From assembly GCA_963764715.1 (NCBI GenBank), contig CAVXTP010000015.1, positions 128,001 to 192,000 on the forward strand: 64,000 bases of DNA, read 5' to 3'. The position numbers were made by a program, and so were the translations under genes. This document shows positions 33,276 through 42,901 of this stretch, one piece after another; the first letter of the stretch is position 1; each line of letters opens with the position of its first letter. Source of the stretch: an uncultured Acidobacteriota bacterium (lineage in GTDB: Bacteria > Acidobacteriota > Thermoanaerobaculia > UBA5066 > Gp7-AA6). A model generated the notes under the pieces. It was not told the origin of the DNA, made no database searches, and saw only the letters and a program-made list of their open reading frames with translations.

Positions 33276-34516
33276 CGTGGCTCCCCTCCCGCGCCCACGC
33301 GCCCGTACTTGCGAAGCGCCTTCATCACCTCGTCGCCCGGAAGGCCGTACACCCGCAGCCCGTCGGCCCCGGTCATCGTGTCGGCGGCGAGCATCGCGTT
33401 GACGACCGCCTCCTCCGTTGCCTCGATCGTGGCGCGGAAGAACGGATTGAGATCGTCGTTGGCGAGCATCTTCACCGACGCCTCGCCCTTCGCCTTCTCG
33501 TTCGAGCGGTTGGCGGTGGAGAAGGCGAGGAAGAGGTCTCCCGACTGGTTTCCCGCCCAGCTCCCCAGGCGGCCGAGGCCCATGCCGACACGCTTGGCGA
33601 GCCGTTCGAGCTGCGTCGGCAGAAGAGGCGCGTCGGTCGCGACGATCACGACGATCGAGCCGCGGCCGTACTCCGGCTCCGAGTACTCCCGGGAGGCGCC
33701 CTTGCCCGGGGCCGCGTCGCAGCGCGGCGTCTCCTTCAACCAGGCCCGGGTCGGTTCTCCCTCGAGGTCGAGGCAGGGCTTGAGGCCCGCGATCTCGCGG
33801 CGGACCGGCACGCCGAGGATCTGGAGATCGCCGCCGTAGTTGCACTGCACCAGGACCCCAACGGTGTAGGACGCGGAGCCCTTCTCCGCCACGACCCGCG
33901 ACGAGGTGCCGATCCCGCCCTTGAACCCGTTGCAGATCATTCCCGTCCCGCCGCCAACCGCTCCCTCCGTCACGCGCCCGCCCTTCGCGGCGTCGAGCGC
34001 CGCCCAGACGTGCTCGGGCTTGACGTACTGTCCGTTGGCGTCCGACAGCGAGTCGAACGTCTCCGAAACGATCGGGTACGTGAACTCGAACTGCCGCCCC
34101 CGCGCGATCTCCCACTGGATCGCGGCGTCGCGCACGGTGCCCACGCTGTGCGTTCCCGTCAGCAGGATCGGGCCCTCGAGGAAACCCGACTCCCTGATCC
34201 AGTTGACGCCGGTCATGTCGCCGTTGCCGTTCTGGTTGAAGGTCGCCGCCATCACGAAGTCCCAGTCGCCCTTCGGCCGCGTCAGGATCGCCGTGACGCC
34301 CGTGCGCACCGGGCCCTGGCCGAGCACGACCCGGCCCTCGCCCGAGATCAGCGTCACGTGCGCGACGGCGACACCCTCGACGTCCGTGATCGCGTTCTCC
34401 GGGCCCGTCTTTCCGGGAAACGGGATGCCGAGCTCCCGTCCGCGCGGCTTCGTCTGGGCCGCGAGGACTCCGGGAAGAAGCCACGCGAGCAGGATCGCCC
34501 GGATGAAAACTTTCAT
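33272..34516 (-). CDS. DmpA/P1 family (S58) aminopeptidase, secreted
   Basis: NAITDVEGV, VRTGVT, GGGTGM, FKGGIGTSSR, autocleavage site GSIVV.VATDAP. Confidence 0.92.
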   Translation of the reverse strand: MKVFIRAILLAWLLPGVLAAQTKPRGRELGIPFPGKTGPENAITDVEGVAVAHVTLISGEGRVVLGQGPVRTGVTAILTRPKGDWDFVMAATFNQNGNGDMTGVNWIRESGFLEGPILLTGTHSVGTVRDAAIQWEIARGRQFEFTYPIVSETFDSLSDANGQYVKPEHVWAALDAAKGGRVTEGAVGGGTGMICNGFKGGIGTSSRVVAEKGSASYTVGVLVQCNYGGDLQILGVPVRREIAGLKPCLDLEGEPTRAWLKETPRCDAAPGKGASREYSEPEYGRGSIVVIVATDAPLLPTQLERLAKRVGMGLGRLGSWAGNQSGDLFLAFSTANRSNEKAKGEASVKMLANDDLNPFFRATIEATEEAVVNAMLAADTMTGADGLRVYGLPGDEVMKALRKYGRVGAGGEPR

Positions 34517-34878
34517 GACTCCTCCCCGGGGTCCGACCCGAATCGCAGCACGTTGCCGTCGGGGTCCTCGATCCGCATCTCGAGCGCCCACGGGAAGCGC
34601 GTCGGCTCGAGCCGCACGACGGCGCCCCGCGCCGCGTACTCCCGGTGCAGGGCGCGCACGTCCTCGACGCCCACCCAGACCCACGCGCCGCCGCGTCCCT
34701 GGCCCGCCCGGCAGAGATAGATCCCGCGCCCGTCCCGTCCCACGAAGCGGAAGTCGTCGTTTCCCCAGGGCGCCTTCTCGAAGCCGAGCACCTCGACGTA
34801 GTAGGCGACGCTCCTCGCCATGTCCTCGACCCGGAGGATGGGATCGATGCACTCGAAGCGCTGCGGCCCCGAGGTCAT
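34513..34878 (-). CDS. Glyoxalase/bleomycin-resistance (VOC) protein
   Basis: PILRVEDM.RS..YY..LGF and EMRIEDPDGNVLRFG. Confidence 0.88.
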   Translation of the reverse strand: MTSGPQRFECIDPILRVEDMARSVAYYVEVLGFEKAPWGNDDFRFVGRDGRGIYLCRAGQGRGGAWVWVGVEDVRALHREYAARGAVVRLEPTRFPWALEMRIEDPDGNVLRFGSDPGEES

Positions 34879-35576
34879 CGCGGCCGGCGCTCCGGCTTCG
34901 GCAGAAACCGGAGGATCGCCGCGAGCGCCTTCGGTCCCTCCGGCGTGCCGAAGAGAAACTGGGCGTGAGCCGAGCCATCGAGGATCAGGAGCTCTTTGGG
35001 CTCCGGCGCCGCATCGTAGGACGCCCGGATGCCGGGCAGCCGCTTCTCGCCGCTTCCGTCGGCGTCGTCCCGGGCGACGATGAAGAGCTTCCGGCACGCG
35101 ATCTTCTTCGGATCGCGGCCGGCCGACGCGCCGAGGAGCACGAGCGCGTCGATCTCCCCGGGCTTCGCCGCCGCCGCGGCGTTGCCGGCGGCGAACCCGC
35201 CAATGCTCGCGCCCACGACGGAGACCTTCGCCGCGCCCTGGCGCCGCAGGTACCGCACGGCCGCGAGCACGTCGTTCTGGAGGGGCGCGCTCATCGGGTC
35301 GGCCTGGCCGGGACCGCGGGACCGGCCGTAGCCCCGGAAATCGAGGGCGAGCACGCGGTATCCGGCCCTGGCGAGAGCGCGCGCCTCCCCGGCCCAGCTC
35401 TCCTTGTCGAACCGCCCGCCGTGGGCGAGGACCACCGCGTCGCCTCCCGAGCCGTAGACGTCGGCGTAAACGCGCCCGCCGTCCTGCGTCTGGAACGAGA
35501 CCGTCTCCTGCGCGCCGAGCGCCGCGGACAGGGCCGAGGCCAGGATCGCCGCGGCCGCGGCCCTCCGGCGGCGCAC
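34875..35576 (-). CDS. Secreted alpha/beta hydrolase
   Basis: VVLAHG, DFRGYG.S, GASIG nucleophile, C-terminal His. Confidence 0.88.
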   Translation of the reverse strand: MRRRRAAAAAILASALSAALGAQETVSFQTQDGGRVYADVYGSGGDAVVLAHGGRFDKESWAGEARALARAGYRVLALDFRGYGRSRGPGQADPMSAPLQNDVLAAVRYLRRQGAAKVSVVGASIGGFAAGNAAAAAKPGEIDALVLLGASAGRDPKKIACRKLFIVARDDADGSGEKRLPGIRASYDAAPEPKELLILDGSAHAQFLFGTPEGPKALAAILRFLPKPERRPR

Positions 35577-35580
35577 GTCC

Positions 35581-35826
35581 CTACTCCTCCGCGCTCTCCG
35601 CGAACAGGCGCTCGAGCGACGACTCGTCTTCGAGTCCCGCCTCCGCCCCCGGGCTGCTGTAGACCTCGACCTCCACGTGCCCGTCCGCGAAGAACTCGAC
35701 CTCCCAGTGCTCGCCCGGCACCATGACCTCGACCATCACGGCTTCCCGGACGCTGTCGAGACGGAACGCCAGATTGGCGGCCCGAAGCCTCTCGATGAAG
35801 TCGATCACTTTCTGCAGCGGGTTCAT
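35581..35826 (-). CDS. Small acidic hypothetical protein
   Basis: GAGGGGAG RBS; natural composition (VMVEVMVPGEHWEVEF). Confidence 0.8.
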   Translation of the reverse strand: MNPLQKVIDFIERLRAANLAFRLDSVREAVMVEVMVPGEHWEVEFFADGHVEVEVYSSPGAEAGLEDESSLERLFAESAEE

Positions 35827-35891
35827 CGTCGATCACTCCCCTCGTTTTGTCCCTACCCCGGCGGGAGAACGATAGCGCGAGACGGCCCGGT

Positions 35892-36587
35892 TCAGGTCAG
35901 CGGCAGCGCTCGAAACCATGTCGCGACGGGCACCCAGCGCGGCCCCTGGACCACCGTGAACCAGGCCACGTGCGCCAGCGGGAACGCCAGGGCGCCCGCG
36001 AGGAACCGGCGGCGCAGGCGCGGCGCGAGGGGCGGCCGCCAGAGGAGAGCGAGGAGGATCAGGTCCGTCGATCCGAAGGTGACGGCCTGGTAGAGGAGAG
36101 GACGCGGCAGGGGCGGGCCGTAATAGAAGAGCAGCCGGCCGACGACCGGGTCGATCAGCACGAGGCCGGTCCCGATCATGAACCGGGCGTGCAGGGCCTG
36201 CGTCTTCCGAAAGGCCATGGCGAGCGCGTAGGAGAGCCCGAAGAGGACGACGGCCGACAGCGGCAGGAAGAGGTTCGCCGCTTCCGAAGCGAACCTCGCC
36301 TCGTCCATGGCGCGAAAGCGCGCGTGGGCGAGCAGCGTCGAGGCGACGAGAACGAGGGGCGCGATCCCGTAGGACAGCGCGCCGATCCTCCGGTGGAGGT
36401 CCCGGCGCCCGGCGCGGATGAGAAACGGCTGAACGATCAGCAGCCCGCACCACGCCGTCGCGACGATCGCGTGGAAATGGGTGTACGGATCGATGGACTC
36501 GTTCAGGCGCCCGAGATATCGCGGCCAGAATGCGAAGCCGGCCGCGACGAGAAGCCCGGCGAACCAGTAGCCGCTAGACCGGAACAT
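35892..36587 (-). CDS. Hypothetical multi-TM protein with conserved His residues
   Basis: HFHA, LHRRIG, LHARFM; resembles the 63631 gene. Confidence 0.75.
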   Translation of the reverse strand: MFRSSGYWFAGLLVAAGFAFWPRYLGRLNESIDPYTHFHAIVATAWCGLLIVQPFLIRAGRRDLHRRIGALSYGIAPLVLVASTLLAHARFRAMDEARFASEAANLFLPLSAVVLFGLSYALAMAFRKTQALHARFMIGTGLVLIDPVVGRLLFYYGPPLPRPLLYQAVTFGSTDLILLALLWRPPLAPRLRRRFLAGALAFPLAHVAWFTVVQGPRWVPVATWFRALPLT

Positions 36588-38076
36588 CGGCGTTCCAGAG
36601 AGGCGGCCGGCGCAGGTGCCAGTCGGTCGCGCGCTCGTAAGCCCGGGCGAGCGCGAGAATGCGCGGCTCCGAAAGCGGCGGGCCGCCGACGAGCAGTCCG
36701 ATCGGCAGCCCCGAGCGCGAGAATCCGCACGGCAGCGAGATCGCCGGCAGGCCTCCCAGGCTGAACCCGAACGTGCACGCGGCCTGGGCGAAGGGATCGA
36801 TCGCTTCGCGAATGGGGATCGGCAGCCCCGGCATCGTGGGGAGGACGACGAGGTCGACCTCGGTGAACGCTTCGTGGATCGATGCGCGGTGCCGCTCGAG
36901 CGCGCGCCGCAGGTCCGCGGCCGCAGCCTCGGACACGCCTCCCGAGGACGCATCCTTGCGGGTCCGCGGGTCGTAGCCCCCGGACGCCTCTTCCAGAAGC
37001 GGCCGGTGAAACGCGTACGACTCCGCGTCGATCAGGGCTCCGAGGTCCGGCATCGGCAGCTCCGACTCGCGAATCTGGCCGACGAGCGGCCGGAGAACCT
37101 CGATCGCCGCGGCGACCGCGGCCGCGACCTCCGGCTCGACGTGCGCGTCGCAGACGTCGCCGGTCGTGTGGAGCACGCCGACGCGCAGGCCCGCGATCGC
37201 CGGAAGAGCCTCCGGGTCGCACTGCGCCGCGACCGGATGATTCGTCATCGCCCGGAACATCCGCGCCGCGTCCTCGACCGTGCGGCACAACGGCCCGACG
37301 TGGTCGAAGGAGGGTGATACCGGGACGGTGCCCCGCGCGCTGACGACCCCGAAGGTGGGCTTGAGGCCGACGATCCCGCAGCAGGACGCGGGAATGCGAA
37401 TCGAGCCTCCCGTGTCCGTGCCGACCGACCCGAAGCAGAGACCCGCCGCGACGGCGGCGCCGGAGCCGCCCGAAGAGCCGCCGGCCACGCGCTCGAGGTC
37501 CCACGGGTTGTGCACGGGACCGTAGTGGCTGATCGCCGACGTCGTGCCCATCGCGAACTCGTGCATGTTGAGCTTGCCGAGGAACACGGCGCCCGCTTCC
37601 TTCAGCCGGAGGATCACCTCCGCGTCCTCGGCCGGAATGCGATCCGCGAAGACCGCGCTCGCGGCCGTCGTGCGCACGCCGGCCGTGTCGACGTTGTCCT
37701 TGACGGCGATCGGAATGCCGTGCAGCGGGCCGCGCCAGCGCCCCCGGCCCACCTCCTCCTCGGCCCGGCGCGCCTCGGCGAGCGCCGACTCCCGCGTCAC
37801 CGTGATGAAGGCGTCGAGCTTCGGGTCGAGCCTCTCGATCCGGTCGAGGCAGGCGCGCGTCAGCTCGACCGGGGAGACCGCGCGCTCCCGCACCGCGCGC
37901 GCCGCCCCGGTGAGATCGAGCAGGGCCGGATCGCCCGCCGGGCCGCGCTTCCGGGAGCAGCCGAGCGTCCCGAGCAGGACGGCGCCCGAGCCCGCCGCGA
38001 GCCCGGCGATCACGTTCCGCCGGGAGAGAACCCGCTCGGTTACGGCGTCCCCGCGCCCGGAAGGGAAACGGCCCAC
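36574..38076 (-). CDS. Amidase-signature family enzyme, probable Tat lipoprotein
   Basis: GIPIAVKD, GGSSGGS, GTDTGGSIRIP; SRRNVI and LGC near the N-terminus. Start uncertain. Confidence 0.88.
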   Translation of the reverse strand: MGRFPSGRGDAVTERVLSRRNVIAGLAAGSGAVLLGTLGCSRKRGPAGDPALLDLTGAARAVRERAVSPVELTRACLDRIERLDPKLDAFITVTRESALAEARRAEEEVGRGRWRGPLHGIPIAVKDNVDTAGVRTTAASAVFADRIPAEDAEVILRLKEAGAVFLGKLNMHEFAMGTTSAISHYGPVHNPWDLERVAGGSSGGSGAAVAAGLCFGSVGTDTGGSIRIPASCCGIVGLKPTFGVVSARGTVPVSPSFDHVGPLCRTVEDAARMFRAMTNHPVAAQCDPEALPAIAGLRVGVLHTTGDVCDAHVEPEVAAAVAAAIEVLRPLVGQIRESELPMPDLGALIDAESYAFHRPLLEEASGGYDPRTRKDASSGGVSEAAAADLRRALERHRASIHEAFTEVDLVVLPTMPGLPIPIREAIDPFAQAACTFGFSLGGLPAISLPCGFSRSGLPIGLLVGGPPLSEPRILALARAYERATDWHLRRPPLWNADVPV

Positions 38077-38474
38077 TCCTTCAGAAGCGCCGCGTCCTCG
38101 GCCGACAGCGCGGCCTCCCGGTGCATGGCCACGTAGAACCACGGAGGCATCTCGCCTTTCGCGACCTGCTCCTGGATCTCCTTCGCCTTCCGCGCCCGGC
38201 GCTTCTCCGCGTACAGGTTCCACGTCGAGAAGTTCAGCTCCTTGCGCCCTTCGCGCACGTCGCGCGCGACGAGCCAAGAGACCGGCGCCACCCGGCTGTA
38301 CCAGGGCCAGACGCTCTCGTTGGAGTGACAGTCGTAGCAGGCGCGCCGCAGGACCGCGCGCACGTTCTCCGGCGCCGGGAACTCCGTCTCGACCGGCGGG
38401 CTCGCCCGATCGACGGGAACGAGCTGGATGGCGACGATCGCGACGACGAGGCCGAGCAACCCCTTCTTCAGCAC
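38040..38474 (-). CDS. Haem-binding domain protein (c-type cytochrome)
   Basis: CYDCH, WPWYS.VAPVSW, LNFS.W, EMP. Confidence 0.9.
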   Translation of the reverse strand: MLKKGLLGLVVAIVAIQLVPVDRASPPVETEFPAPENVRAVLRRACYDCHSNESVWPWYSRVAPVSWLVARDVREGRKELNFSTWNLYAEKRRARKAKEIQEQVAKGEMPPWFYVAMHREAALSAEDAALLKEWAVSLPGAGTP

Positions 38475-38689
38475 GTCCTTCCGAAACGTTCCCTTCACGA
38501 GCCGCCTCCCGCTTCCGTTCGCTTCGCCGGGCCGGCCTTTCGGCGTGGCGCGGCGAGCGTCAACGCCGCATACGCTACCAGCCCCCGGAGGAGGGCGCTC
38601 GGCGCGGTCGCGAGCCGGAGCCTTTCTCCTTCCGCAGGCAGAGTTTACGGTCACGGCGCACCCCCGCTCGAAGGCGGGCGATTTGAGGC

Positions 38690-38719
38690 TTGACGCGCGC
38701 CTCTTCCGGCCTGTATATT
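38690..38719 (+). promoter_or_regulatory. Sigma70-type promoter of the ArsR-SRPBCC operon, with probable overlapping operator
   Basis: TTGACG-18 nt-TATATT; two GTTATG half-sites follow in an AT-rich patch. Confidence 0.6.
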
Positions 38720-38730
38720 ACCGTTCTGTT

Positions 38731-39102
38731 ATGGAACTAAATAGTTATGTAAGCCCGACTCCCGGATCGCTCGACGCCACGTTCGCGGCGCTGGCGGACC
38801 CGACCCGCCGCGCGATCCTCGCCCGGCTCGCGGAGGGCGAGGCGTCCGTGACGGAGCTCGCCGCGCCCTTCCGAATGAGCCAGCCCGCGATCTCGAAGCA
38901 CCTCAAGGTGCTCGAGCGCGCCGGCCTCGTCTCGACCGGACGCGACGCGCAGCGCCGCCCCCGGCGGCTCGAGGCGCAGCCCCTCGCCGCGGCCACGCAG
39001 TGGATCGAGGCTCTCGAGGGCAGCTTCCAGCGCCTCGATGCCCTGCTCGACGAGCTCAAAGCCACCCGGCCGAAACGCGATCCCAACGAAGGCAAGAAAT
39101 AG
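38731..39102 (+). CDS. ArsR/SmtB family transcriptional regulator
   Basis: FAALADPTRRAIL and SQPAISKHLKVLERAGLV. Confidence 0.93.
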   Translation: MELNSYVSPTPGSLDATFAALADPTRRAILARLAEGEASVTELAAPFRMSQPAISKHLKVLERAGLVSTGRDAQRRPRRLEAQPLAAATQWIEALEGSFQRLDALLDELKATRPKRDPNEGKK

Positions 39103-39114
39103 AGGAGCGTGCCC

Positions 39115-39612
39115 ATGACGAACTTCGGAAAACTGAAAGTCGACACGCCGAGCGACCGCGAGATCCGCATCACGCGCGTCTTCGAAGCTCCGCGTCCCCT
39201 CGTCTTCGACTGCTGGACGAAGCCCGAGCTTCTCCGGCGCTGGCTGACGGGGCCGCCCGGGTGGTCCTTCGTCGTCTGCGAGGTCGACCTGCGCGTCGGC
39301 GGCGCCTACCGCTTCGTCTGGCGCGGCCCGGACGGGACCGAGATGGGGATGGGCGGCGTCCATCGCGAGGTCGTGCCCCCGGAGCGGATCGTCAACACGC
39401 AGCTCTTCGACCAGGACTGGACGGGAGGCGAGGCCGTCGGGACCCTCCTCCTCTCCGAGAAGGACGGGCGCACCACCGCGACGAACACCATCCTCTATTC
39501 CTCGAAGGCCGCGCGGGACGGCGCCCTGAAGTCCGGCATGGAGCAGGGCATGGAGGCCGGCTACGCGAGGCTCGACGAGCTGCTGGCGCAGAAACGCTCC
39601 GCGAAGAACTGA
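39115..39612 (+). CDS. SRPBCC (AHSA1/START-like) family protein
   Basis: ITRVFEAP..LVF..WT.PE, DLRVGG.YR, EVVPPERI; GAGGAG RBS. Confidence 0.92.
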   Translation: MTNFGKLKVDTPSDREIRITRVFEAPRPLVFDCWTKPELLRRWLTGPPGWSFVVCEVDLRVGGAYRFVWRGPDGTEMGMGGVHREVVPPERIVNTQLFDQDWTGGEAVGTLLLSEKDGRTTATNTILYSSKAARDGALKSGMEQGMEAGYARLDELLAQKRSAKN

Positions 39613-39648
39613 GCTCTTTCACAACCTTTTTTTCGAGGAGAACCGACC

Positions 39649-40104
39649 GTGCAGAAGATCACCCCGTTCCTGTGGTTCGACGGAAAGGCCGAGGAGGCCG
39701 TGAATTTCTACGTCTCCGTCTTCAAGAACTCGAAGATCGTGAGCGTCAGCCGCGGGCCCGACGGCGGCGTCTTTCACATCACCTTCCGCCTCGAAGGCCA
39801 GGACTTCCAGGCCTTGAACGGCGGCCCCAGGTTCAAGTTCACCGAAGCCCTCTCGCTCTACGTCGACTGCGCCGATCAGGCCGAAGTCGACGCGCTCTGG
39901 GAGAAGCTCTCGTCGGGAGGCGAGATCCAGATGTGCGGCTGGCTCAAGGACCGGTTCGGCCTCTCCTGGCAGATCATTCCCTCGGCGCTCGGCAGGCTGA
40001 TGGGGGACAAGGACCCCGCAAAGGCCGGGCGCGTCATGCAGGCCATGCTCCAGATGAAGAAGCTCGACGTCGCGAAGCTCCAGCAGGCGTACGACGGACG
40101 ATGA
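39649..40104 (+). CDS. VOC family protein (PhnB / 3-demethylubiquinone-9 methyltransferase-like)
   Basis: [28 protein letters not shown]. Confidence 0.92.
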   Translation: MQKITPFLWFDGKAEEAVNFYVSVFKNSKIVSVSRGPDGGVFHITFRLEGQDFQALNGGPRFKFTEALSLYVDCADQAEVDALWEKLSSGGEIQMCGWLKDRFGLSWQIIPSALGRLMGDKDPAKAGRVMQAMLQMKKLDVAKLQQAYDGR

Positions 40105-40970
40105 GCCTCTCGGCCAGGCGCGGCGGCCGGGCCGCACCGGAGGCGTCCGTCGACGAGCGCGTCCGCTCGTGCCTCCGGTGGCTCGAGCGGCACGCCACCC
40201 GGAAGACCCGCGAGGCGATGGCCCGCTACGGCCTTCCCTCGGACCACGCCCTCGGGGTGTCGATGAAGGACATCCAGGCGCTCGCGAAAGAAGTCGGCCG
40301 CGACCACGCGCTCGCCGCCGGCCTCTGGAAGACGGGCGTCTACGAGGCCCGCATGCTGACGTCGTTCGTCGACGAGCCGGCGCGCGTCACCGCGGCGCAG
40401 ATGGACCGCTGGTGCCGCGCCTTCGACAACTGGGGCATCTGCGACACGCTCTGCTTCAACCTCTTCGACCGCACGCCGCACGCGTGGTCCCGCGTCGCGG
40501 CCTGGAGCGGGAAGCCCGCAGAGTTCGTCAAGCGCGCCGCCTATGCCCTGCTCTGGAGCCTCAGCGTCCACGACAAGACGGCGGGCGACGCGCGGTTCCT
40601 CGACGGCCTCGCCCGCATCGAGCGGGCCGCGGTCGACGAGCGCCACTTCGTCTCCAGGGCCGTGAACATGGCCCTCCGCGCGATCGGCAAGCGCAACCCC
40701 GCCCTCCATGCCGCCGCGGTCGAGTCGGCCCGCCGCCTCGCCGGCTCCCCGAACGCGTCCGCGCGATGGGTCGGCAAGGACGCGCTGCGGGAGCTCAGCG
40801 GGCCCTCCGTGATGCGGCGGATCGAGGCGAGCCGGGCCAAGCCGGCGCGCGAGCTTCAGTTCGCCCTCACGGGGCGGGCGACATCGCCAGCACCAGCGGC
40901 GCGTCCTGGCCGTCGCCGGAAACCTCGAGCGCCATCTCGACGGTCTCGTATCCGGCGCGGCACGTCTTGA
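40101..40970 (+). CDS. DNA alkylation repair protein (AlkD-like)
   Basis: [42 protein letters not shown]. Confidence 0.88.
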   Translation: MSLSARRGGRAAPEASVDERVRSCLRWLERHATRKTREAMARYGLPSDHALGVSMKDIQALAKEVGRDHALAAGLWKTGVYEARMLTSFVDEPARVTAAQMDRWCRAFDNWGICDTLCFNLFDRTPHAWSRVAAWSGKPAEFVKRAAYALLWSLSVHDKTAGDARFLDGLARIERAAVDERHFVSRAVNMALRAIGKRNPALHAAAVESARRLAGSPNASARWVGKDALRELSGPSVMRRIEASRAKPARELQFALTGRATSPAPAARPGRRRKPRAPSRRSRIRRGTS

Positions 40971-41286
40971 GGAGGTAGCCTCCCGACGGAACGCCGCCGA
41001 CGACGAAGCGGCCGGTCCCGTCGCTCGTCGCCTGGTAGACCGACGTGGCCGCGTCCTCCGCGATCAGGACGACCGCCACGCCCGGAAGCGAACGCTCGGA
41101 CGAATCGACCGTGCGGCCGGCCACGACCCTCACGGCGGTTCCGGGCAGGCGCACCGAGACGCGGCCCCGGCAGAGGAGTGCGGCGTTGCGCGCGCTGCCC
41201 GTCAGTGCGCGCGAGGACGACGCGCAGCCCCCCGCCGCGAGGCCGACCGCGAGAAAGCAGGCCGCCCGGCGGCCGGCGCGCCGCAC
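40867..41286 (-). CDS. Carboxypeptidase regulatory-like domain lipoprotein
   Basis: Hydrophobic stretch ending GGC; GRTVDS...LPGVAV and TSDGTGRF...VPSGGY. Start inferred. Confidence 0.65.
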   Translation of the reverse strand: MRRAGRRAACFLAVGLAAGGCASSSRALTGSARNAALLCRGRVSVRLPGTAVRVVAGRTVDSSERSLPGVAVVLIAEDAATSVYQATSDGTGRFVVGGVPSGGYLLKTCRAGYETVEMALEVSGDGQDAPLVLAMSPAP

Positions 41287-41318
41287 CCTGGCGTCCGGAC
41301 GGAGCGGCCGCGGCCGGG

Positions 41319-41750
41319 TCAGGGCCGGACGTGCGCGATCCACTGGCGGAGGACCTTCCGGAAGGCGGCGCGCCGGAACTCGATCTCCTTCCCGTCGCGG
41401 AACCGGACCGAGGCGCGGTCCGGCCCCAGCCACTCGAGCAGCGAGTCGGGGTCCGCGATCGCGGCGCGCGGGCTCGCTCCGTCCCGTTTCTTCGCGCCGA
41501 GGTGGAGGATGAGCTGCACTCCCTCCGGCGCCCGCAGATGGAACGTCGCGAAGTACTCCGAGGTGCGAAAGCTCGGCGCGTTCCACTTGATCCCCTCGGA
41601 AATCTTCGGGTCGGCGTCGAGGATGATCTTCCGGACGGCCCGGATCTCCGCCACCCGCGGGTGATCGAGAGCCGCGAGAAAGGCCTCGACCTCTCCGTCC
41701 CCGGCCGACCCTTTCGCGCCGGACCGGCTTCTCGTGCTCTTCCCCCTCAT
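41319..41750 (-). CDS. DUF1801 (YdhG-like) protein
   Basis: EVEAFL, ISEGIKWNAPSF, LILHLGAK. Confidence 0.88.
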   Translation of the reverse strand: MRGKSTRSRSGAKGSAGDGEVEAFLAALDHPRVAEIRAVRKIILDADPKISEGIKWNAPSFRTSEYFATFHLRAPEGVQLILHLGAKKRDGASPRAAIADPDSLLEWLGPDRASVRFRDGKEIEFRRAAFRKVLRQWIAHVRP

Positions 41751-41763
41751 GGCGCCTCCCGCC

Positions 41764-42366
41764 TCAAGTGCGTTGCCCGCGCCGCTTCCGGGCGGGGGCC
41801 TCGGCGACCTCGCGCGCCCGCGCCGTCCACTGCCAGACGCCGCCCGCGATCTCCACCGGGAGCCGGCCGAGCTGCCGCGCGATCAGGATGATCTGTCCGC
41901 GGTGGTGGGCCTCGTGCGCCGCGAAGTACGCCAGGACGTGCGCGACGTCGAGCGGGAGGTTGCGCCAGACGTAGGCGCGGGTCGCGGGGATCCGCCCACC
42001 GCTGGCGAGGCCGAGCTCGAGAAGCGCGCGGATCCCGGCGCCGCTCCGGGGGAACGCGGCGAGAAGGTCCTTGCGGCGGACGCGCTGCTTGTCGACGCTC
42101 TCGGGTATTGCGACTCCGTTCTCGCGGCCGAGCGTCCGAGTCCAGGAGCGCCGGCTGTTGTGGAGGTGGGCCCCGATCGCGCGGATCGAGCGGCGCGGCA
42201 AGCCCGGAACGGGAGCCTCCCAGAGCTCGTCCGTCAGGTTCTCGAAGAGGAAGCTCGTGACGCGAACGTTCGTGTCCCACGCCGTGAGAATCGCCTGCCC
42301 CGGATCTTCCGGCGGCCGGCCGGGATCCTCGCCGCGCCGCGCCCGGCGGCCGGAGGGCTCACGCAT
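41764..42366 (-). CDS. DinB family protein
   Basis: SIRAIGAHLHN and HEAHHRGQI. Confidence 0.88.
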   Translation of the reverse strand: MREPSGRRARRGEDPGRPPEDPGQAILTAWDTNVRVTSFLFENLTDELWEAPVPGLPRRSIRAIGAHLHNSRRSWTRTLGRENGVAIPESVDKQRVRRKDLLAAFPRSGAGIRALLELGLASGGRIPATRAYVWRNLPLDVAHVLAYFAAHEAHHRGQIILIARQLGRLPVEIAGGVWQWTARAREVAEAPARKRRGQRT

Positions 42367-42457
42367 GCGCTCCTCCTCCCGACCCGCGCACCGGCTCTCC
42401 GAACGTGATCCAGAGGCCGTTGAGGTTCCGGATGACGAAGTCGTGACGCCTGGTCAT
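42359..42457 (-). pseudogene. 32-aa remnant resembling a VOC protein C-terminus
   Basis: RBS GGGAGAG followed by MTRRHDFVIRNLNGLWITFGEPV; the stop overlaps the start of the DinB gene. Confidence 0.5.
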
Positions 42458-42477
42458 TGCGAGCTCTCCCTTTCCGA

Positions 42478-42894
42478 TCAAGGGTCGCTTCGTTCCCACG
42501 GCACCCGCGCGACGGCCACTCCCGTGCGGACGGTGCTCTGTACTTCCGCGACGGCGTCGGTCAGGCGCAGGAGGTCGGCGATGTCGGCCTCCGACGCTGG
42601 CGAGGACACCCGCGCGCGGTACGTGATGTTGGAGGCGGCGACGCCCTCGCTCGCGAACTCGGCCCGGGCCTCGACTTCCACGGCCTCCAGCGGAACGTTC
42701 CGGCGCCCGGCTTCGCGGTAGAGATCGTTGCAGTAGCAGGTCGCCAGCGCGAGGAGCAGGAGCTCGCCGCCGCTGACGGCCGAGCCCCGGCCCTCGCCTC
42801 TCGGGGGAAGCGCCACGGGTCGCGCGACACCGGCCGTGCCGACCCACGCTTCGTGGGACGCGCCGTCGTTCCGGACCCGGGCCGCGATCAGCAT
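42478..42894 (-). CDS. OsmC family protein
   Basis: GGELLLLALATCYC; a second distal Cys is absent. Confidence 0.88.
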   Translation of the reverse strand: MLIAARVRNDGASHEAWVGTAGVARPVALPPRGEGRGSAVSGGELLLLALATCYCNDLYREAGRRNVPLEAVEVEARAEFASEGVAASNITYRARVSSPASEADIADLLRLTDAVAEVQSTVRTGVAVARVPWERSDP

Positions 42895-42901
42895 TCTCGG
42901 G

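Noticed and set aside
39613-39640. T-run as a possible intrinsic terminator
   Set aside because: No GC stem precedes it; it is more likely an unstructured translation-initiation region.
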